DNA of 63,478 bases, filler included, from Octopus bimaculoides (lineage: Eukaryota), in assembly GCF_001194135.2 (NCBI RefSeq). It is 2 parts of 2 records of this genome, joined end to end, with 100 filler letters (N's around TTAATTAATTAA, not from the genome) between each part and the next. Parts side by side here need not be neighbours in the genome. Positions count along the whole stretch, not along the records: positions 31,628 to 63,478 come from NC_068982.1; 1 more part is not named here. One strand, written 5' to 3'. Below, piece after piece: positions 60,006 through 63,478 of the stretch. A program made the position numbers and the translations under genes. Numbering within the stretch: the first letter of the stretch is position 1; the number at the start of each line of letters is the position of its first letter. Below the pieces are notes generated by a model. That model did no database searches, was not told the DNA's origin, and worked only from the letters and a program-made list of their open reading frames with translations.

Positions 60006-60824
60006 ACTGTTCGCCAAAGGTGGTCATACTCAATACTAAAATAAAAATGTTTGAAATTTTAAGGTATTTCCATTATTTTGTCCAACCCCTGCATATATAG
60101 ACATACACACATAAATATGCATTTCAATAAGCGCGAATTTTTCAGGAGGAAGATTTGTAGGATGTAAAAAAAAATATACAAAAGAGAGTTGGAATCAAAA
60201 TCGTTAACAATCAATACGTTTCTACCTTATAACTCCCGGCTCAACCTTGTATTACATATTGCCAGTAGATTTTCCCGTTAAAAAGTACTTCTTAAAGGTT
60301 TCACCGAGTTATGTTACCGTCGAGATTAAGTAGTAGTCTATTATATAAGTAACGAGAAGTGATTCATTATTAAAAGTGTGTTTCGATACTTTTACCATAA
60401 TATTTCTGAGCTGTGTTTCATTACTATATATATTTTGATTTAATTCTGTTCCACATTTGTTTGACAGGATCGATAAGATCAAAACATTCTGCAGTTTTTC
60501 ACTAATCATTAAATTTATAAATAAATATTTATTCTCGGCGACTTTTACGTATTGAGTCTTTTATAGAGTAATAATGGTGTTATTGATAACCATTCACACA
60601 CATGCATTCTGTTTCTCTCTCTTTCTCTTACCCGCACATACGCACCCACACACACATACATACATACATACATACATACACACATATGCATACATACATA
60701 CATACATACATACATACACATATATATATATATATATGTATATATGTAAAGATGTATATTATATATACAAATACATGTGTATATATGAATCAGACACAAA
60801 TACATATGTATGTGCACATATGTG

Positions 60825-60856
<32 letters not shown>

Positions 60857-61238
60857 CTTACGGATCTGTACTTGCATAGCAAGTCATATATATAAGATGC
60901 ATATTATATATATATACATATATATATATATATANNNNNNNNNNNNNNNNNNNNNNNNNNNNNNNNNNNNNNNNNNNNNNNNNNNNNNNNNNNNNNNNNN
61001 NNNNNNNNNNNNNNNNNNNNNNNNNNNNNNNNNNNNNNNNNNNNNNNNNNNNNNNNNNNNNNNNNNNNNNNNNNNNNNNNNNNNNNNNNNNNNNNNNNNN
61101 NNNNNNNNNNNNNNNNNNNNNNNNNNNNNNNNNNNNNNNNNNNNNNNNNNNNNNNNNNNNNNNNNNNNNNNNNNNNNNNNNNNNNNNNNNNNNNNNNNNN
61201 NNNNNNNNNNNNNNNNNNNNNNNNNNNNNNNNNNNNNN

Positions 61239-61270
<32 letters not shown>

Positions 61271-61819
61271 TGCATAACTACACATGAAAGCATTTTGACG
61301 TAAATGGTGATCGTCAACTTTTATCAGCAAACAAATATCTCATTGCAGACCTGCCTGCAATTGCTTTGACACACGCACAAACACAATCGCGTGCGCACAC
61401 GCGCAATTCACACACACACGCACACAGACACACTCACATACAGAGACACACTCACATACATTATATATAGTTTATAAGCAACCACTGATATAATTCACAC
61501 ATATTGAGTGTGGGGTTAACTTGTTGATACAGGAATTAAGGAGACCACACACAGCGTAATTTGATATATCTGAATTTACGTTAACAATAGGGCATCCTAC
61601 CAATGTACAAAACTTTCGAAACTATTAGATATGGATGAAGTGACTAAACACAGGGTTAAAAAGAGTGTAGGTTATAATGCAAAGTGAAGGAATAGAGTCA
61701 GTTTATTAGGAAAAAGGGATGTTCTTTTGGGGTTTGATAAGTATTTGCACAAAAGTATTATAGTAATGAAACATTCTCGCAGGTAAATAAATGTAAATAA
61801 ATGCATGTACATGAGCGCA

Positions 61820-61880
61820 TTTAAAAAATAAACTCCCAAGAGAATAACACACAGCTATTTGAAAAAAAGGCGCACACAAC

Positions 61881-61925
<45 letters not shown>

Positions 61926-62215
61926 ATATATATATTGTCCATAAAGCCTAATACTTATTCTATTAGTCCAAGTTACGGAGGCATAAACACACCAACACCG
62001 GTTCTGAGCTGGTGATAGGGGACGAACACACACACACACACACACACATAATGGCATAATGGTTATGGGTTTCTTTCAGTTTCCGTCTACCAAATCCACT
62101 CAGAAGGTTTAGGTTGGCCTGAAGCTATAATAGAAGACACTAGCCCAAGGTGCTATACAGTGGGACTGAACCCGAAACTATATGGTTTGGCGGCAAAGTT
62201 CTTACCACACAGCCA
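61820..62215 (-). mobile_element. SINE family C with internal (TA)n
   Basis: GGCTGTGTGGTAAGAAC head, GGGCTAGTGTCTTCTATTATAGC core, GTGGATTTGGTAGACGGAAACTGAAAGAAACC. Confidence 0.75.
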
Positions 62216-63231
62216 CGCTAACCACACTTGCGGCAATANNNNNNNNNNNNNNNNNNNNNNNNNNNNNNNNNNNNNNNNNNNNNNNNNNNNNNNNNNNNNN
62301 NNNNNNNNNNNNNNNNNNNNNNNNNNNNNNNNNNNNNNNNNNNNNNNNNNNNNNNNNNNNNNNNNNNNNNNNNNNNNNNNNNNNNNNNNNNNNNNNNNNN
62401 NNNNNNNNNNNNNNNNNNNNNNNNNNNNNNNNNNNNNNNNNNNNNNNNNNNNNNNNNNNNNNNNNNNNNNNNNNNNNNNNNNNNNNNNNNNNNNNNNNNN
62501 NNNNNNNNNNNNNNNNNNNNNNNNNNNNNNNNNNNNNNNNNNNNNNNNNNNNNNNNNNNNNNNNNNNNNNNNNNNNNNNNNNNNNNNNNNNNNNNNNNNN
62601 NNNNNNNNNNNNNNNNNNNNNNNNNNNNNNNNNNNNNNNNNNNNNNNNNNNNNNNNNNNNNNNNNNNNNNNNNNNNNNNNNNNNNNNNNNNNNNNNNNNN
62701 NNNNNNNNNNNNNNNNNNNNNNNNNNNNNNNNNNNNNNNNNNNNNNNNNNNNNNNNNNNNNNNNNNNNNNNNNNNNNNNNNNNNNNNNNNNNNNNNNNNN
62801 NNNNNNNNNNNNNNNNNNNNNNNNNNNNNNNNNNNNNNNNNNNNNNNNNNNNNNNNNNNNNNNNNNNNNNNNNNNNNNNNNNNNNNNNNNNNNNNNNNNN
62901 NNNNNNNNNNNNNNNNNNNNNNNNNNNNNNNNNNNNNNNNNNNNNNNNNNNNNNNNNNNNNNNNNNNNNNNNNNNNNNNNNNNNNNNNNNNNNNNNNNNN
63001 NNNNNNNNNNNNNNNNNNNNNNNNNNNNNNNNNNNNNNNNNNNNNNNNNNNNNNNNNNNNNNNNNNNNNNNNNNNNNNNNNNNNNNNNNNNNNNNNNNNN
63101 NNNNNNNNNNNNNNNNNNNNNNNNNNNNNNNNNNNNNNNNNNNNNNNNNNNNNNNNNNNNNNNNNNNNNNNNNNNNNNNNNNNNNNNNNNNNNNNNNNNN
63201 NNNNNNNNNNNNNNNNNNNNTATATTCTTTT

Positions 63232-63395
63232 ATCTGTTTCAGTCATTTTGACTGCGGCCATGCTGGAGCAACGCCTTTAGTCGAACTAATCGACGTTTGT
63301 AAGCCTAGTACTTATTCTATCGGTCTCTTTTTGCCGAACCAGCATTGGTTATCAAGCGATGGTGGTGGTGGCGGGGACAAACACAGACACACAAA
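63232..63395 (-). mobile_element. SINE family C, 3' part
   Basis: Matches 35655-35822. Confidence 0.7.
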
Positions 63396-63478
63396 CTTAT
63401 ACATACATACATACATACTTACATACATACATACATACATATATATATACATACATACATGTATATATATATATATAT

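Noticed and set aside
60309-60509. Possible hAT C-terminal dimerisation fragment (MISEKLQNVLILSI)
   Set aside because: Too short and degenerate to support.

Overview
AT-rich, repeat-dense animal genomic DNA from a draft assembly with many N gaps. The mix of SINEs, LINEs and microsatellites looks like a coleoid cephalopod, probably Octopus (inference). One protein-coding gene can be reconstructed by hand: an NSUN7-like NOL1/NOP2/Sun-family gene on the minus strand. It has nine exons (20267->765, 1845 nt, 615 codons), all with GT-AG junctions and matching phases, and probably continues off the left edge. Its motif VI reads YLTRS instead of Y(S/C)TCS and its motif IV reads LLTAKCS instead of LLDAPCS, so it looks like a pseudo-methyltransferase. 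The rest of the window is mostly mobile DNA: several tRNA-derived SINE families, RTE-type LINE 3' ends, a near full-length decayed R4/Dong-clade LINE between (TAA)n arrays plus older R4 relics, CR1/L2 fragments, DD37D (maT) and DD34D mariner relics, MITEs, a hAT transposase relic and Penelope-like ends. The most notable non-coding signals are two minimal type I hammerhead-ribozyme-like motifs (one in the sense orientation inside NSUN7 intron 6) and a 249-bp hairpin whose only three mismatches are U.G on one strand and A.C on the other. No second host gene could be supported in 21-63 kb. All homology calls are from recalled family motifs, not database searches, and repeat boundaries are approximate.
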